Shown here: one piece after another, positions 10,731 through 22,205 of the stretch | Numbering within the stretch: position 1 is the stretch's first letter | Layout of the letters: every line of letters begins with the position of its first letter | From: Bacteroidales bacterium | GTDB lineage: Bacteria > Bacteroidota > Bacteroidia > Bacteroidales > VadinHA17 | NCBI GenBank assembly: GCA_963662685.1 | Contig: OY759745.1 | Coordinates: 2,036,478 to 2,100,477, forward strand | Reading direction: 5' to 3' | DNA length: 64,000 nucleotides | Made by a program: the position numbers and the translations under genes | The notes under the pieces: model-generated | Database searches by the model: none | Told to the model about the DNA's origin: nothing | The model's input: only the letters and a program-made list of their open reading frames with translations

Positions 10731-11108
10731 ATGGCACGAATTGTTGGTGTAGATTTACCAAGGAATAAGCGAGGCGAGATAGGCCTTACTTATATTTACG
10801 GTATTGGCAGAAGTACCGCTCAGAAAGTACTCGACAAAGCCGGCGTTGATCGCAACGCTAAGGTTGAAGAGTGGAATGATGAGCAAATCAATGCAATCCG
10901 TAAAGTCCTGAACGAGAATTACAAACTTGAAGGTGAGCTTCGTTCGGAGACTCAGATGAATATTAAGCGATTGATGGATATCGGCTGCTATCGCGGTGTT
11001 CGTCACAGGATCGGTCTGCCTGTTCGCGGTCAGAGTACCAAGAACAACGCGAGAACCCGTAAGGGAAGAAAAAAGACCGTCGCAAACAAGAAAAAAGCTA
11101 CTAAATAA
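10731..11108 (+). CDS. rpsM: 30S ribosomal protein S13
   Basis: Starts [14 protein letters not shown]. Confidence 0.97.
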   Translation: MARIVGVDLPRNKRGEIGLTYIYGIGRSTAQKVLDKAGVDRNAKVEEWNDEQINAIRKVLNENYKLEGELRSETQMNIKRLMDIGCYRGVRHRIGLPVRGQSTKNNARTRKGRKKTVANKKKATK

Positions 11109-11118
11109 GAGATAGACT

Positions 11119-11508
11119 ATGGCAAAAAAAGCAGGAGCATTAAAGAAGAGGGTCGTTAAAGTAGAATCGGCCGGTCAGGCGCATGTTCATTCTTCGTTCA
11201 ACAATATTATTGTAACGTTGACCAACAATTCAGGACAGGTAATCTCTTGGTCGTCAGCTGGAAAGATGGGATTCAGAGGTTCCAAGAAAAATACCCCGTA
11301 TGCAGCTCAAACCGCTGCGGAACAGTGTGGAAAGGTAGCATATGATCTGGGTCTAAGGAAGATCAAAGTGTTTGTGAAAGGTCCTGGTGCCGGTCGTGAA
11401 TCCGCTATCAGAGCCTTGTCGAACATTGGAATGGAGGTGACCGAGATAGTTGATGTTACCCCTATGCCCCACAACGGTTGTCGTCCCGCCGGAAGAAGAA
11501 GAGTATAA
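11119..11508 (+). CDS. rpsK: 30S ribosomal protein S11
   Basis: Contains [12 protein letters not shown] and [10 protein letters not shown]. Confidence 0.97.
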   Translation: MAKKAGALKKRVVKVESAGQAHVHSSFNNIIVTLTNNSGQVISWSSAGKMGFRGSKKNTPYAAQTAAEQCGKVAYDLGLRKIKVFVKGPGAGRESAIRALSNIGMEVTEIVDVTPMPHNGCRPAGRRRV

Positions 11509-11550
11509 GAGGGGTTAATAATTAATAATTTTGGATTAAAAAATTTCATT

Positions 11551-12159
11551 ATGGCAAGATATACCGGCCCAAAATCAAAAATAGCAAGAAAATTCGGGGA
11601 GCCAATCTACGGACCCGATAAACATCTAGATAGAAAAAATTTCCCTCCAGGACAACACGGAATCAATAAGAAAAGGAAAAAGACTTCTGAATATGGTATT
11701 CAGTTAAGGGAAAAGCAGAAGGCTAAATATACGTATGGGGTTCTAGAACGCCAGTTCAGAAATACTTTTGACAAAGCGTCAAGGGCAAAGGGCGTTACTG
11801 GCGAGGTTCTGCTTCAGCTTCTCGAGTCCCGTCTTGATAATGTCGTTTTCCGTCTTGGAGTCGCTCCAACCAGGGCAGCTGCACGTCAGTTGGTTTCACA
11901 TCGTCACATTACAGTTAACGGTGACGTGGTAAATATTCCTTCATATCAGGTAAAACCCAGCGATATTATTGGTGTTAGAGAAAAATCTAAATCACTTGAA
12001 GTGATTGTCGAATCACTTATATCCGCTAAAGGATCCCGTATGTCGTGGCTTGAATGGGACGACACACAAATGGCAGGTAAGTTTATGAATGTACCTGATC
12101 GCTCTGATATTCCTGAAGATATTAAGGAACAACTAATAGTTGAATTGTATTCAAAATAA
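11551..12159 (+). CDS. rpsD: 30S ribosomal protein S4
   Basis: Starts [16 protein letters not shown] and has an S4 RNA-binding domain. Confidence 0.97.
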   Translation: MARYTGPKSKIARKFGEPIYGPDKHLDRKNFPPGQHGINKKRKKTSEYGIQLREKQKAKYTYGVLERQFRNTFDKASRAKGVTGEVLLQLLESRLDNVVFRLGVAPTRAAARQLVSHRHITVNGDVVNIPSYQVKPSDIIGVREKSKSLEVIVESLISAKGSRMSWLEWDDTQMAGKFMNVPDRSDIPEDIKEQLIVELYSK

Positions 12160-12177
12160 CAATATAACATAAAATTT

Positions 12178-13170
12178 ATGGCTATTTTATCATTCCAGAA
12201 GCCCGATAAGGTAATAATGCTTGAAGCGGACGATAAGTTCGGCAAATTTGAATTCCGTCCCCTAGAACCAGGCTATGGCATTACCGTTGGTAACGCACTG
12301 AGAAGGATCTTGCTATCCTCCCTAGAAGGTTTCGCCATAACAACAGTGAAAATCGAAGGGGTTGACCATGAGTTCTCTTCCATAACCGGTGTAATCGAAG
12401 ATGTAACCCAGATTATTCTTAACCTGAAGCAGGTTCGTTTTAAGAGGAATGTAGAAGGTGTTGATAGCGAAAAAGTTACAATAACCTTACCTGAGAAAGA
12501 GACATTTGTAGCCGGAGATTTTAACGGTTTTCTGAATAACTTTGAGGTTCTGAACCCTGAGCAGGTAATCCTCAGGAAAGAAGAACAGGTAAAAATATCG
12601 ATGGAGATCACTATCAGGAAAGGCAGGGGTTGGGTTCCCGCTGAAGAGAATGAGACCGAAGAATCAGAATTCGGGGTGGTAGCGATAGATTCAATTTTTA
12701 CGCCAATACGCAATGTCAAGTATTCCGTTGATAATTATCGTGTTGAGCAAAAAACTGATTATGAAAAACTTCTTTTTGAGATAGAGACAGACGGCTCAAT
12801 TCATCCAAAAGAAGCACTTAAAGAGGCGGCGAAGATTCTTATTTATCACTTCATGCTGTTCTCTGACGAGAAGATCACAATAGACTCTGAAGATAAATTG
12901 TCAAGTGAAGAGTTTGACGAAGAGGTATTGCATATGCGTCAGTTGTTGAAGACCAAGCTGGTTGATCTGGATCTTTCGGTCAGGGCTCTTAACTGCCTTA
13001 AAGCCGCTGAGGTTGACACCCTTGGTAATCTTGTCAAATTCAACAAAAACGATCTTCTTAAGTTTAGAAACTTTGGAAAGAAATCGCTTACTGAACTTGA
13101 CGAACTGCTTGAATCCATGAACCTTTCATTTGGTATGGATGTGAGCAAGTATAAATTAGATAAAGAATAA
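12178..13170 (+). CDS. rpoA: DNA-directed RNA polymerase subunit alpha
   Basis: 330 aa following rpsD, with alpha-NTD motif [17 protein letters not shown] and a CTD helix-hairpin-helix ([10 protein letters not shown]). Confidence 0.97.
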   Translation: MAILSFQKPDKVIMLEADDKFGKFEFRPLEPGYGITVGNALRRILLSSLEGFAITTVKIEGVDHEFSSITGVIEDVTQIILNLKQVRFKRNVEGVDSEKVTITLPEKETFVAGDFNGFLNNFEVLNPEQVILRKEEQVKISMEITIRKGRGWVPAEENETEESEFGVVAIDSIFTPIRNVKYSVDNYRVEQKTDYEKLLFEIETDGSIHPKEALKEAAKILIYHFMLFSDEKITIDSEDKLSSEEFDEEVLHMRQLLKTKLVDLDLSVRALNCLKAAEVDTLGNLVKFNKNDLLKFRNFGKKSLTELDELLESMNLSFGMDVSKYKLDKE

Positions 13171-13196
13171 TTGTAACTGTTTGAGTATAAATAGAA

Positions 13197-13826
13197 ATGC
13201 GACATTTAAAAGGAGTTAACCATTTAGGTAGGACCAGTTCACATAGAAACGCCATGCTCGCGAATATGGCTGTTTCGTTGATAAAACATAAACGAATAAC
13301 CACAACTTTGGCGAAAGCGAAGGCTCTGAAGAGCTACGTTGAACCCCTGATAACAAAATCAAAGGATGATTCAACCCACTCCAGGAGAATAGTTTTTAGT
13401 TATCTTCAGGATAAGGAAGCTGTGACAGAACTTTTCAGGGAGATATCTCCGAAAATAGCGGACAGGCCTGGCGGCTATACTCGTATTCTGAAAATTGGCA
13501 ATCGTTTGGGAGATAATGCCGAGATGTGCGTGCTGGAGTTGGTCGATTATAACGAAGCAATGCTAAAATCGGATACAGGTAAAGCAAAATCCACAAGAAG
13601 GAGGAGATCCTCCAAGAAGAAAGAGGAAGTCGCTGTTGAAACAGTTGATACAGCGGTTGCTGCCGCAGGAGAGAAAAGTGATCCCGAAGTAACCGCATCT
13701 GAACCGGTTGATAAGGAGGCGATTACCGTAACTGAACCAACAGCAGAGGCGGAGACAGCAGAGGCGGAGAATATTGATACATCTGAACCAGCTTCTGATA
13801 CTGAAACCGATACTCCAAAAGAGTAA
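13197..13826 (+). CDS. rplQ: 50S ribosomal protein L17 with a long low-complexity C-terminal extension
   Basis: The L17 core ([17 protein letters not shown]...) occupies residues 1 to about 120. About 89 further residues are first basic, then rich in Thr, Glu and Ala. Confidence 0.93.
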   Translation: MRHLKGVNHLGRTSSHRNAMLANMAVSLIKHKRITTTLAKAKALKSYVEPLITKSKDDSTHSRRIVFSYLQDKEAVTELFREISPKIADRPGGYTRILKIGNRLGDNAEMCVLELVDYNEAMLKSDTGKAKSTRRRRSSKKKEEVAVETVDTAVAAAGEKSDPEVTASEPVDKEAITVTEPTAEAETAEAENIDTSEPASDTETDTPKE

Positions 13827-13996
13827 TGAAAAGAGGCGGGATAAACCCGGATTCGGTTATAGCCGATGTCGGATAGCTTTTTATGGATTGTAGTAAAGGA
13901 CTTTGATAACAATATGCTTCCGTTGCTGTTTATCTCGATAAATGAAGTCATATAGTAAGCTTATAGGATTGAATTTAACTATAAATTAATATTATA

Positions 13997-15348
<1,352 letters not shown>

Positions 15349-15391
15349 TTGAATCCATCCGGTTCAGCATTTTATAAGTAAATATTTATAT

Positions 15392-15429
15392 ATCAGGAGG
15401 CCGGGTTTATCCTACCTCCTGATTTTTTT
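15392..15429 (+). terminator. Rho-independent terminator downstream of eno
   Basis: A 9-bp stem (ATCAGGAGG/CCTCCTGAT) with a 14-nt loop, followed by T7. Confidence 0.7.
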
Positions 15430-15431
15430 AT

Positions 15432-15463
15432 GTTGAAGTAATTACGGTTTTTTTGTAAATTTG
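15432..15463 (+). promoter_or_regulatory. Candidate Bacteroidota sigma-A promoter (-33-like GTTG, N20, -7 box TAAATTTG)
   Basis: TAAATTTG at 15456-15463 matches the TAnnTTTG consensus and lies 25 nt upstream of the UbiD-family ATG. Confidence 0.45.
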
Positions 15464-15488
15464 ATATTGCTTATATTAAAGATGGATT

Positions 15489-17336
15489 ATGCCATATAAT
15501 GGATTATCAGGTTTTGTGAAACGACTGGAGGAAGAGGGGGAACTCGTAAGGGTTACAAATTTTGTAGATCCGGTTTTGGAAGTTGCGGAGATTGCGGATA
15601 GGGTAACCAAGACAAAAGGGAAGGCATTGCTATTCGAAAAAAATGGAACAAGTTTTCCAATACTGATCAACTCATATGGATCGGACAAACGTATAGCATT
15701 AGCTTTGGGAAAAGAGCCTGACGATGTGGCAGGGGAGATAGAAACGTTTTTTTCATCAGTTACAGGAGGTCTAGGTTCGATAAAACATCTCGGGCGGTTT
15801 GTTAAAGCTATTCCCAGGAGAATCTTTAGAAAAGGCAGATGTCAGGATGTTGTCTACAGGGAAGTTGATCTTTCAATGTTACCGGTATTAAAGTGCTGGC
15901 CATTTGACGGAGGTCGTTTTTTTACTCTTCCTATAGTACATACAGTGCATCCTATAACAGGGAATAAAAATGCGGGGATGTACAGAATGCAGGTTATTGA
16001 TAACAAGACAACGGCAATTCATTGGCAACGTCATAAAACCGGTGCCAACCATTTCGAGGCCTGGAAAACGACAGGTAAAAATATGCCGGTTGCTGTTGCG
16101 CTTGGTGGCGACCCCGTATACGCTTACTCCGCTACAGCACCTCTTCCGGAGAATATTGATGAATATATGTTGGCCGGATTTATACGTGGGAAGAGGGTTA
16201 AAATGGTCAAATGCCTGACAAACGATATCTATGTGCCTGATGATGCGGATATAGTTCTGGAAGGTTATGTAGATCCATCTGATGAATTCTTTTGGGAGGG
16301 GCCTTTCGGGGATCATACCGGTTTTTACTCATTGGCGGATTGGTATCCAAAGTTTCATATTACATGTATTACTACCTCAAGAAATCCTGTATTTCCTGCT
16401 ACTATAGTCGGTGTTCCCCCAATGGAAGATGCTTTTCTGTCGAAAGCTACTGAGAAAATATTCCTTTCTCCTATAAAAATGGCGATACAACCGGAAATTA
16501 CGGATCTGCATATGCCCGTTGAGGGTGTTTCCCATAATCTTGCTATTGTAAAAATCATAAAAAATTATCCCGGACAAGGGAAAAAGGTTGTCTCTTCACT
16601 TTTTGGAGCGGGCCAAATGAGTTTTACAAAATACCTCGTGGTTGTTGATGGAGATGTGAATATCAGAGATTATACTGAACTTACCGAATGGATATTGCGT
16701 AACACAAATTTTAAACGTGATCTGATATTCCTTGAGGGGCCCCTGGATGTATTGGATCATGCTTCCGATAATCCCGCGTTAGGAGGTAAGCTGGGAATAG
16801 ATGCGACGGTTAAAATTGAAGGTGAAATTTCAAATGATAAGATCCCGGAACTATCCGACCCGTGTACATTCAACTGCCGCGAACTTGAGAAGAAAGGAAT
16901 CTCCGCGACACAATTAGGGAAATGGCCGGTTTATGTCTTGTCTCTGCCTGGAAACAATGTAAACGTGGATGTTGACTATATTAGAGATAAATTAATACAC
17001 TCCTCTGATATATTCCAGGTCAGATTATTTATTCTACTGGATCCAAATGTCATCCATACCGGTATCGGAATGTTATTATGGTATCTGGTGGCTAATAGCG
17101 ATCCTGTCAGGGATGGATATTATATTGGAGACAATACACTTATGATTGATGGAACGGTAAAGGCATTTAGAAATGGATTTAAAAGACCATGGCCAAATAT
17201 AGTCTCTTCATCGTCCGATACTATAGATAAAGTAGACAAAATATGGAGCAGTCTTGGCCTCGGAGAAGGTATTGAATCTCCTTCTGTTAGATATAAGGAT
17301 CTGGTTTTCCCCGGAAAGGATTTTATTGAAGGATAA
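15489..17336 (+). CDS. UbiD-family (menaquinone biosynthesis-type) decarboxylase
   Basis: 615 aa. The N-terminus (L.GFVKRLEEEGELVRV...DPVLEVAEI..R.....GKALLFE) is typical of the UbiD family. Confidence 0.8.
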   Translation: MPYNGLSGFVKRLEEEGELVRVTNFVDPVLEVAEIADRVTKTKGKALLFEKNGTSFPILINSYGSDKRIALALGKEPDDVAGEIETFFSSVTGGLGSIKHLGRFVKAIPRRIFRKGRCQDVVYREVDLSMLPVLKCWPFDGGRFFTLPIVHTVHPITGNKNAGMYRMQVIDNKTTAIHWQRHKTGANHFEAWKTTGKNMPVAVALGGDPVYAYSATAPLPENIDEYMLAGFIRGKRVKMVKCLTNDIYVPDDADIVLEGYVDPSDEFFWEGPFGDHTGFYSLADWYPKFHITCITTSRNPVFPATIVGVPPMEDAFLSKATEKIFLSPIKMAIQPEITDLHMPVEGVSHNLAIVKIIKNYPGQGKKVVSSLFGAGQMSFTKYLVVVDGDVNIRDYTELTEWILRNTNFKRDLIFLEGPLDVLDHASDNPALGGKLGIDATVKIEGEISNDKIPELSDPCTFNCRELEKKGISATQLGKWPVYVLSLPGNNVNVDVDYIRDKLIHSSDIFQVRLFILLDPNVIHTGIGMLLWYLVANSDPVRDGYYIGDNTLMIDGTVKAFRNGFKRPWPNIVSSSSDTIDKVDKIWSSLGLGEGIESPSVRYKDLVFPGKDFIEG

Positions 17337-17458
17337 GTTAAGCTTTGGGCTGTATAGGTTAGTTGACATAAAGTGCATTTTTTGCAAAAAACCGTAATAT
17401 GATGTTATTTTATGTTTAAGTTTGTGTAGATATGGTTTTGTTATTCCAATATAATAAT

Positions 17459-17498
17459 CTCTTCTCTCTCTTTTTTAAAGAGAAGAGCATTTTTTATT
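17459..17498 (+). terminator. Candidate terminator hairpin downstream of the UbiD-family gene
   Basis: A 9-bp stem (CTCTTCTCT/AGAGAAGAG) with an 11-nt loop, then CATTTTTTATT. It is AT-rich, so the call is tentative. Confidence 0.4.
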
Positions 17499-17500
17499 GG

Positions 17501-18463
17501 ATGGAAAATTATGTATGGGAGATTCTGGATAAAGCAGACCGGGCTTTTTTTGTTTTTATCCTGATATTGTTTGTTCTTTTGGTAGTGCTGTTTGTAATGT
17601 CCAGTTCTTTGATCAAAATGCGCAAGTCTGTAAACGACAAAGATCATGAGATATCTGACCTTAATGTGCTAAGAACAAAACTGGAAAGAAAGAACAGGGA
17701 TATTATTGACAGCCTGATTTATGCTCAGAGAATTCAGGAGGCGATGCTTCCATCTGAAGAATATCTTAGAGTACTTCTTAAGAATGTGTTCGTGTTTTTT
17801 AAGCCAAGAGATATTGTAAGTGGTGATTTCTTTTGGGTCACAGAAAAGAACAATAAAATCTTCCTGGCGGCAGCTGATTGTACCGGACATGGTGTTCCGG
17901 GGGCGCTTATATCTATTATTGGTATGGATATACTTGATAAGGCAATAAACGGCAACCTGATAGACGATCCTTCAGAAATACTAGAAATAATGGATAAGTA
18001 TCTGGATACAACTTTCAATGCCAAAAGGTATGAAGGATCTACTATTAAAGACGGTATGGATGTGGGGCTTTGTGTGATTGACAAGGCAACAAATGTGTTG
18101 TGTTATGCGGGTGCTTTACTACCATTATATCTGCTGAGGGATAATATTTTAACGGTGTATAAAGGAGATAAGTTCGTACTTGGCACCAAAGGTTCCGGAT
18201 TAGCTTACAATACACATATCATACCAATGGAAAAGGATGACACTTTTTATATGTTTTCTGACGGGTATCCTGACCAGTTTGGTGGCAGCGGCAACAAAAA
18301 ATTTATGTACAGAAGGTTTCGTTACCTGATTACAAAAATATGCCGGTTTCCTATGGCCGACCAAAAGACTATATTGGAAGATAATATCAAAACGTGGATG
18401 GGAGCGTACCCACAGGTTGACGATATGATGGTTATTGGATTTAGACCGCTATCCAACGCTTGA
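17501..18463 (+). CDS. Membrane-anchored PP2C/SpoIIE-family serine phosphatase
   Basis: Has an N-terminal TM helix, a coiled coil, and PP2C/SpoIIE motifs (SGDFFWV, AADCTGHGVPGAL, DGMD, FSDGYPDQ). The ATG at 17501 is preferred because the hairpin lies inside the 17432 extension. Confidence 0.8.
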   Translation: MENYVWEILDKADRAFFVFILILFVLLVVLFVMSSSLIKMRKSVNDKDHEISDLNVLRTKLERKNRDIIDSLIYAQRIQEAMLPSEEYLRVLLKNVFVFFKPRDIVSGDFFWVTEKNNKIFLAAADCTGHGVPGALISIIGMDILDKAINGNLIDDPSEILEIMDKYLDTTFNAKRYEGSTIKDGMDVGLCVIDKATNVLCYAGALLPLYLLRDNILTVYKGDKFVLGTKGSGLAYNTHIIPMEKDDTFYMFSDGYPDQFGGSGNKKFMYRRFRYLITKICRFPMADQKTILEDNIKTWMGAYPQVDDMMVIGFRPLSNA

Positions 18464-19798
18464 TCAAATCAATTTACGTATCATTTCTATCAGGTAAGAA
18501 GGATGGAAGGGCTTGCTTATATATTCGTCTATTCCGGCAGCAAGACACTTTTCTTTATCTCCCAGCATGGCGTTGGCTGTGATGGCGATTATCGGGACAT
18601 GAGTGTTGGTGTTCGTCTCAAGTTCCCTGATTTTCATTGATGCGGTCAAACCGTCCATCACCGGCATCTGAACATCCATCAGAACAATATCATAGTCAGA
18701 TGTGCCAAACAGTTCAAGAGCCTCTTTGCCGTCGCCTGCGGAATCTATACTTTTTACCATAGGTTTTAACGTCATCAGGGTTATTTCCCTGTTTATTACG
18801 TTATCTTCGGCAAGAAGAACCTTAATATCTTTTAGCTCTTTGGTTGTTTTCTCTTTTTCCATCAACTCCTCCATCTTCTGGGAGGCTATCTGTTTTTTAT
18901 ATCCTTCGGCGATCTTGGCAGGAATAAATATGGATAGCAGGGTTGAATCAGTATTCATTTCCTGCTTAAATGTTCCTTTGGCAAGCGAAATGAGCTTTGG
19001 AGATAAACTTTCCTCAGGATCGTTAGTATCAATCATCAGAACAGGCTTGTCTGCTTCAATGGAAAGAGCGATGAGATGTCTGTTGTTAGCCAGTTTTTTT
19101 ATCTGATGTTTTATTGATATTAACAGCGGCCCTTCGTAGTGCTCGTCAATTCTGTTTATTATATCAAGAAATATCTGTTTTATCAACACAGGGTCTCCAA
19201 TATAGTCAGTGGATGCGTCGTTTTTTTCAAGATTTATTTTGATCTCACTTTCAGACCTTTGGTTATAAAGGTCAATAGCGCTTTGAATCGTTGATATCAG
19301 GTTATACCTTATACTCTTCCTGGCCTCCAGTATAATATTTCCGGCTGATTGCATAGTTAGTTCATCAACTGCCGTTATCATATTGGAAATAGAAGTATCT
19401 AGGTTATCAAGAATTGCTGAGTGTTTCCCGGTCAAGTCGGACTCCTTAAGAATGTTACTGATGATCAGCATGTTATTCAGTGGTTCCCTGATCCTGTGCG
19501 AAAAATGTGTTATCAGCTTTTCCTTCTTCTTGTTCGTCGATGCGAAATCATCAAGAGAATTAAGCGTGGATTTTAAGGCCCTGGATAATAATACCGCCAG
19601 CACAACAGTATATATAATCGTGATACCTAATATTATAGAGGCTATTACCGTATAGCCGACCAAAATATATATAAAGGCCAATAAGACGCAGAATACGGAA
19701 GCCAGACAATAGTAAACAATATTTCTGCGGATATTAGTAACGAAGATACCAATATTACTATTTTTTTGTTCCTCTCTTTCTTTAGGATTTGCTTCCAT
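18464..19798 (-). CDS. Hybrid sensor histidine-kinase-like protein with C-terminal receiver and a degenerate ATPase domain
   Basis: Has two N-terminal TM helices, an H-box (FSHRIREPLN) and a receiver domain (LLAEDN...LMDVQMP...KPF). I found no recognisable G1 or G2 ATP-binding boxes. Confidence 0.75.
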   Translation of the reverse strand: MEANPKEREEQKNSNIGIFVTNIRRNIVYYCLASVFCVLLAFIYILVGYTVIASIILGITIIYTVVLAVLLSRALKSTLNSLDDFASTNKKKEKLITHFSHRIREPLNNMLIISNILKESDLTGKHSAILDNLDTSISNMITAVDELTMQSAGNIILEARKSIRYNLISTIQSAIDLYNQRSESEIKINLEKNDASTDYIGDPVLIKQIFLDIINRIDEHYEGPLLISIKHQIKKLANNRHLIALSIEADKPVLMIDTNDPEESLSPKLISLAKGTFKQEMNTDSTLLSIFIPAKIAEGYKKQIASQKMEELMEKEKTTKELKDIKVLLAEDNVINREITLMTLKPMVKSIDSAGDGKEALELFGTSDYDIVLMDVQMPVMDGLTASMKIRELETNTNTHVPIIAITANAMLGDKEKCLAAGIDEYISKPFHPSYLIEMIRKLI

Positions 19799-19918
19799 AT
19801 TTCATATGAATAAAAACTCAAAAACATAACAAATATAAAATATAACCATTGCAAAAGCAACAATCTCCCGGGGAATTCGTTAATTTTGCGGTTGATATCA
19901 TGATACAGTAACAGGTCG

Positions 19919-20644
19919 ATGCTAAAAATATTCTTTACAGTAATCATTTCGGTTTTCGGTTTGGTCCTGTCGGCCCAGGAGATGACTCCATATACTACCG
20001 ATTTTAAGTTTACTGACGGTATATACCTTACTTTTGATCAGGTTAAGGATAATAACCCTATTCCTAAAGCTAAACTTTTATCTTCTACTGATTACAACGA
20101 TAAAGATTTTTTCAACAATCTCTTTGCTTCCGGAAAGATTTACTTCTATGATAACATTGGTGTCAGGCAAGAGATTGAGGTCAGTTCTATTTGGGGGTAT
20201 TCGAGAAACGGGGTACTTTATATCCAGATACAGGGAAATTTTAACAGGATTACTTATATTGGCTCTATATGTCATTTTGTGGCGGATATCACGACATACG
20301 ACTCGAGGTATTATTCGCCTTACAGCGGTTACAGTCCCTATTATTACTCTCCATATAATTACGGTTATTATCCATATGGTTCCTATTATTCCCCTTATGG
20401 CTCATATTACAATCCTTATGGTTCAACATCTGTGGCCAAAAGTGAGGTCAGACAGTTTATGATAGATTTTGAATCCGGTGAAATTCTTGAGTTTACATTG
20501 GATAATACCAAACGGATTCTGATGCAGGACGCGGAGCTTTATGAACAGTTCGTTAATGAGAAAAAGAGTAAGCAGAAAGATCTGATGTTCGTATACCTAA
20601 GAAAGTTTAACGAGAAACATCCACTTATGCTGCCTGTCAGATAA
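19919..20644 (+). CDS. Secreted hypothetical protein with a Tyr/Ser/Pro/Gly-rich insert
   Basis: Signal peptide MLKIFFTVIISVFGLVLSAQ. Residues 127-168 read YDSRYYSPYSGYSPYYYSPYNYGYYPYGSYYSPYGSYYNPYG. Confidence 0.6.
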   Translation: MLKIFFTVIISVFGLVLSAQEMTPYTTDFKFTDGIYLTFDQVKDNNPIPKAKLLSSTDYNDKDFFNNLFASGKIYFYDNIGVRQEIEVSSIWGYSRNGVLYIQIQGNFNRITYIGSICHFVADITTYDSRYYSPYSGYSPYYYSPYNYGYYPYGSYYSPYGSYYNPYGSTSVAKSEVRQFMIDFESGEILEFTLDNTKRILMQDAELYEQFVNEKKSKQKDLMFVYLRKFNEKHPLMLPVR

Positions 20645-20722
20645 TGGCCATATCGTCAATATTAACTTATTGTTTTCGCGTGCAACATTTTTTTTGGGTA
20701 GCTGTCTTTTAAAGAAAAAACT

Positions 20723-21079
20723 ATGGAAGAAGATTTTCAAATATCGCAAAATGATAAGAATTGGGCCATGGCTTGTCATCTATCGGCATTTGCCGGAAGT
20801 TTTTTCCCATTGGGGAGTGTTCTTGGGCCGCTGATTTGTTGGCTTTCCAGAAAGGATACTTCCGAGTGGGTCGATAAAAACGGAAGAGCCTCTTTAAATT
20901 TTCAGTTGTCTATGTTATTGTATATTGTACTCACCATTCCCTTGATGATCATAGTTGTGGGGATCCCTATTGCCGCTTTTATATGGATTTTGAAGGTTGT
21001 GTGCACTATAGTTGCCAGCATCAAAGCGGCCAGAATGGAGAGTTTCAAATATCCTTTGGCTATTCCATTTTTTCAATAG
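20723..21079 (+). CDS. DUF4870-like small membrane protein
   Basis: The pattern WAMACHLSAFAG...GPLICWLSRKD...NGRASLNFQLS is typical of this family. Three or four TM helices are predicted by eye. Confidence 0.65.
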   Translation: MEEDFQISQNDKNWAMACHLSAFAGSFFPLGSVLGPLICWLSRKDTSEWVDKNGRASLNFQLSMLLYIVLTIPLMIIVVGIPIAAFIWILKVVCTIVASIKAARMESFKYPLAIPFFQ

Positions 21080-21151
21080 TTTTTATACCTGTTTCCCTGC
21101 TCTCTAATTTCTTACGCTGACCTTAAGTTGTTTGAAAGCAGATTGGCGTGT

Positions 21152-21973
21152 CTAATATTTTTCAGGTACAAATGTCTGGTCGGTTACCGGGGGTCTTACA
21201 TAGGCGATGTTATGGTTTAATGGTGGTAATTTGAACGGCTTTTGGGTTAAGTCTTCATAAGGGATAAGAGAGAGAAGATGTGATATAGTGTTTAGCCGCG
21301 CTCTTTTTTTATCATCGGCATGGACAACATACCAAGGCGATTGTTTGGTGTCGGTGAAAGAGAACATTTTGTCCTTGGCCATTGAATACTCAACCCATTT
21401 ATCGCGCGATTCAACATCCATAGGACTGATCTTCCACCGTTTTGTAGGATCCTTTATTCTGTCCTGAAACCTTTTTTCCTGTTCTTTGTCGCTTACTGAA
21501 TACCAGTATTTTATAAGTATTATACCTGATCTTATGAGCATCCTTTCAAATTCCGGACAAGACCTTAAGAATTCTTCGTACTCATCATCTGTACAAAAGC
21601 CCATAACCTTTTCCACTCCGGCCCTGTTATACCAGCTCCTGTCGAATAATACCATCTCTCCTCCTGAAGGCAACTGCGATACATATCTCTGGAAATACCA
21701 CTGAGTCTTTTCCCTTTCGGTTGGAACCCCCAGGGCAACGATCCTGCAGATACGGGGGTTCATGCAGCCGGATATCGTCTTTATAACCCCTCCTTTACCC
21801 GCAGCGTCCCTTCCTTCGAAAACTACTACCACTTTAAGCTTTTGGGCTTTTACCCACTCCTGAAGTTTTACAAGCTCGATTTCCAGCTTCGATAGTTCTT
21901 CATAATACTTTTTTTTGTTCATTTTAGCTTTAGCCTCCGGGGCCTGATCGTGATAAAGATTATCTTTTGCCAT
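21152..21973 (-). CDS. ppk2: Polyphosphate kinase 2 family protein
   Basis: Single PPK2 domain with Walker A FEGRDAAGKGG and the motif DRSWYNR. Confidence 0.88.
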   Translation of the reverse strand: MAKDNLYHDQAPEAKAKMNKKKYYEELSKLEIELVKLQEWVKAQKLKVVVVFEGRDAAGKGGVIKTISGCMNPRICRIVALGVPTEREKTQWYFQRYVSQLPSGGEMVLFDRSWYNRAGVEKVMGFCTDDEYEEFLRSCPEFERMLIRSGIILIKYWYSVSDKEQEKRFQDRIKDPTKRWKISPMDVESRDKWVEYSMAKDKMFSFTDTKQSPWYVVHADDKKRARLNTISHLLSLIPYEDLTQKPFKLPPLNHNIAYVRPPVTDQTFVPEKY

Positions 21974-22205
21974 GGCGTAAATGTTTTAGATTAATGCCGG
22001 GTATTTTCTCCGAGAGATAAAATTAAGCAATAGTTTTTGTAATAAAATAGTGAAATTCATTTTGTACCGGCAATTTATCCATAAAGTTACACGCAACAAG
22101 GTTTCATTGCCATTTCTTTTTTTACTTTCGCGGTATATCGTCAAATGACCATAGTTATGTCTTTTGATGTAATTATTCCATTAACGTGAAACATTGTTCA
22201 ACAAA

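Noticed and set aside
13547-13951. A 134-aa minus-strand ORF spanning the rplQ 3' end and the following spacer.
   Set aside because: It is antisense to the repetitive acidic tail of L17. The translation is Ser/Ala/Val low-complexity, and there is no plausible promoter or start context.
17432-17500. N-terminal extensions suggested by the ORF track for several genes (for example 17432, 14038, 46679, 53032, 29002, 59026, 36631).
   Set aside because: The extensions start at TTG/GTG or upstream ATGs, overlap terminators or neighbouring genes, and add sequence not typical of the family. Internal ATGs giving canonical N-termini or signal peptides were preferred. The exact starts remain unverified.
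20034-20462. A 142-aa alternative-frame + strand ORF inside the Tyr-rich protein gene.
   Set aside because: The frame starting at 19919 has a clear signal peptide and spans the whole locus. The alternative frame stays open only because of the repetitive TAT/TAC-rich DNA.
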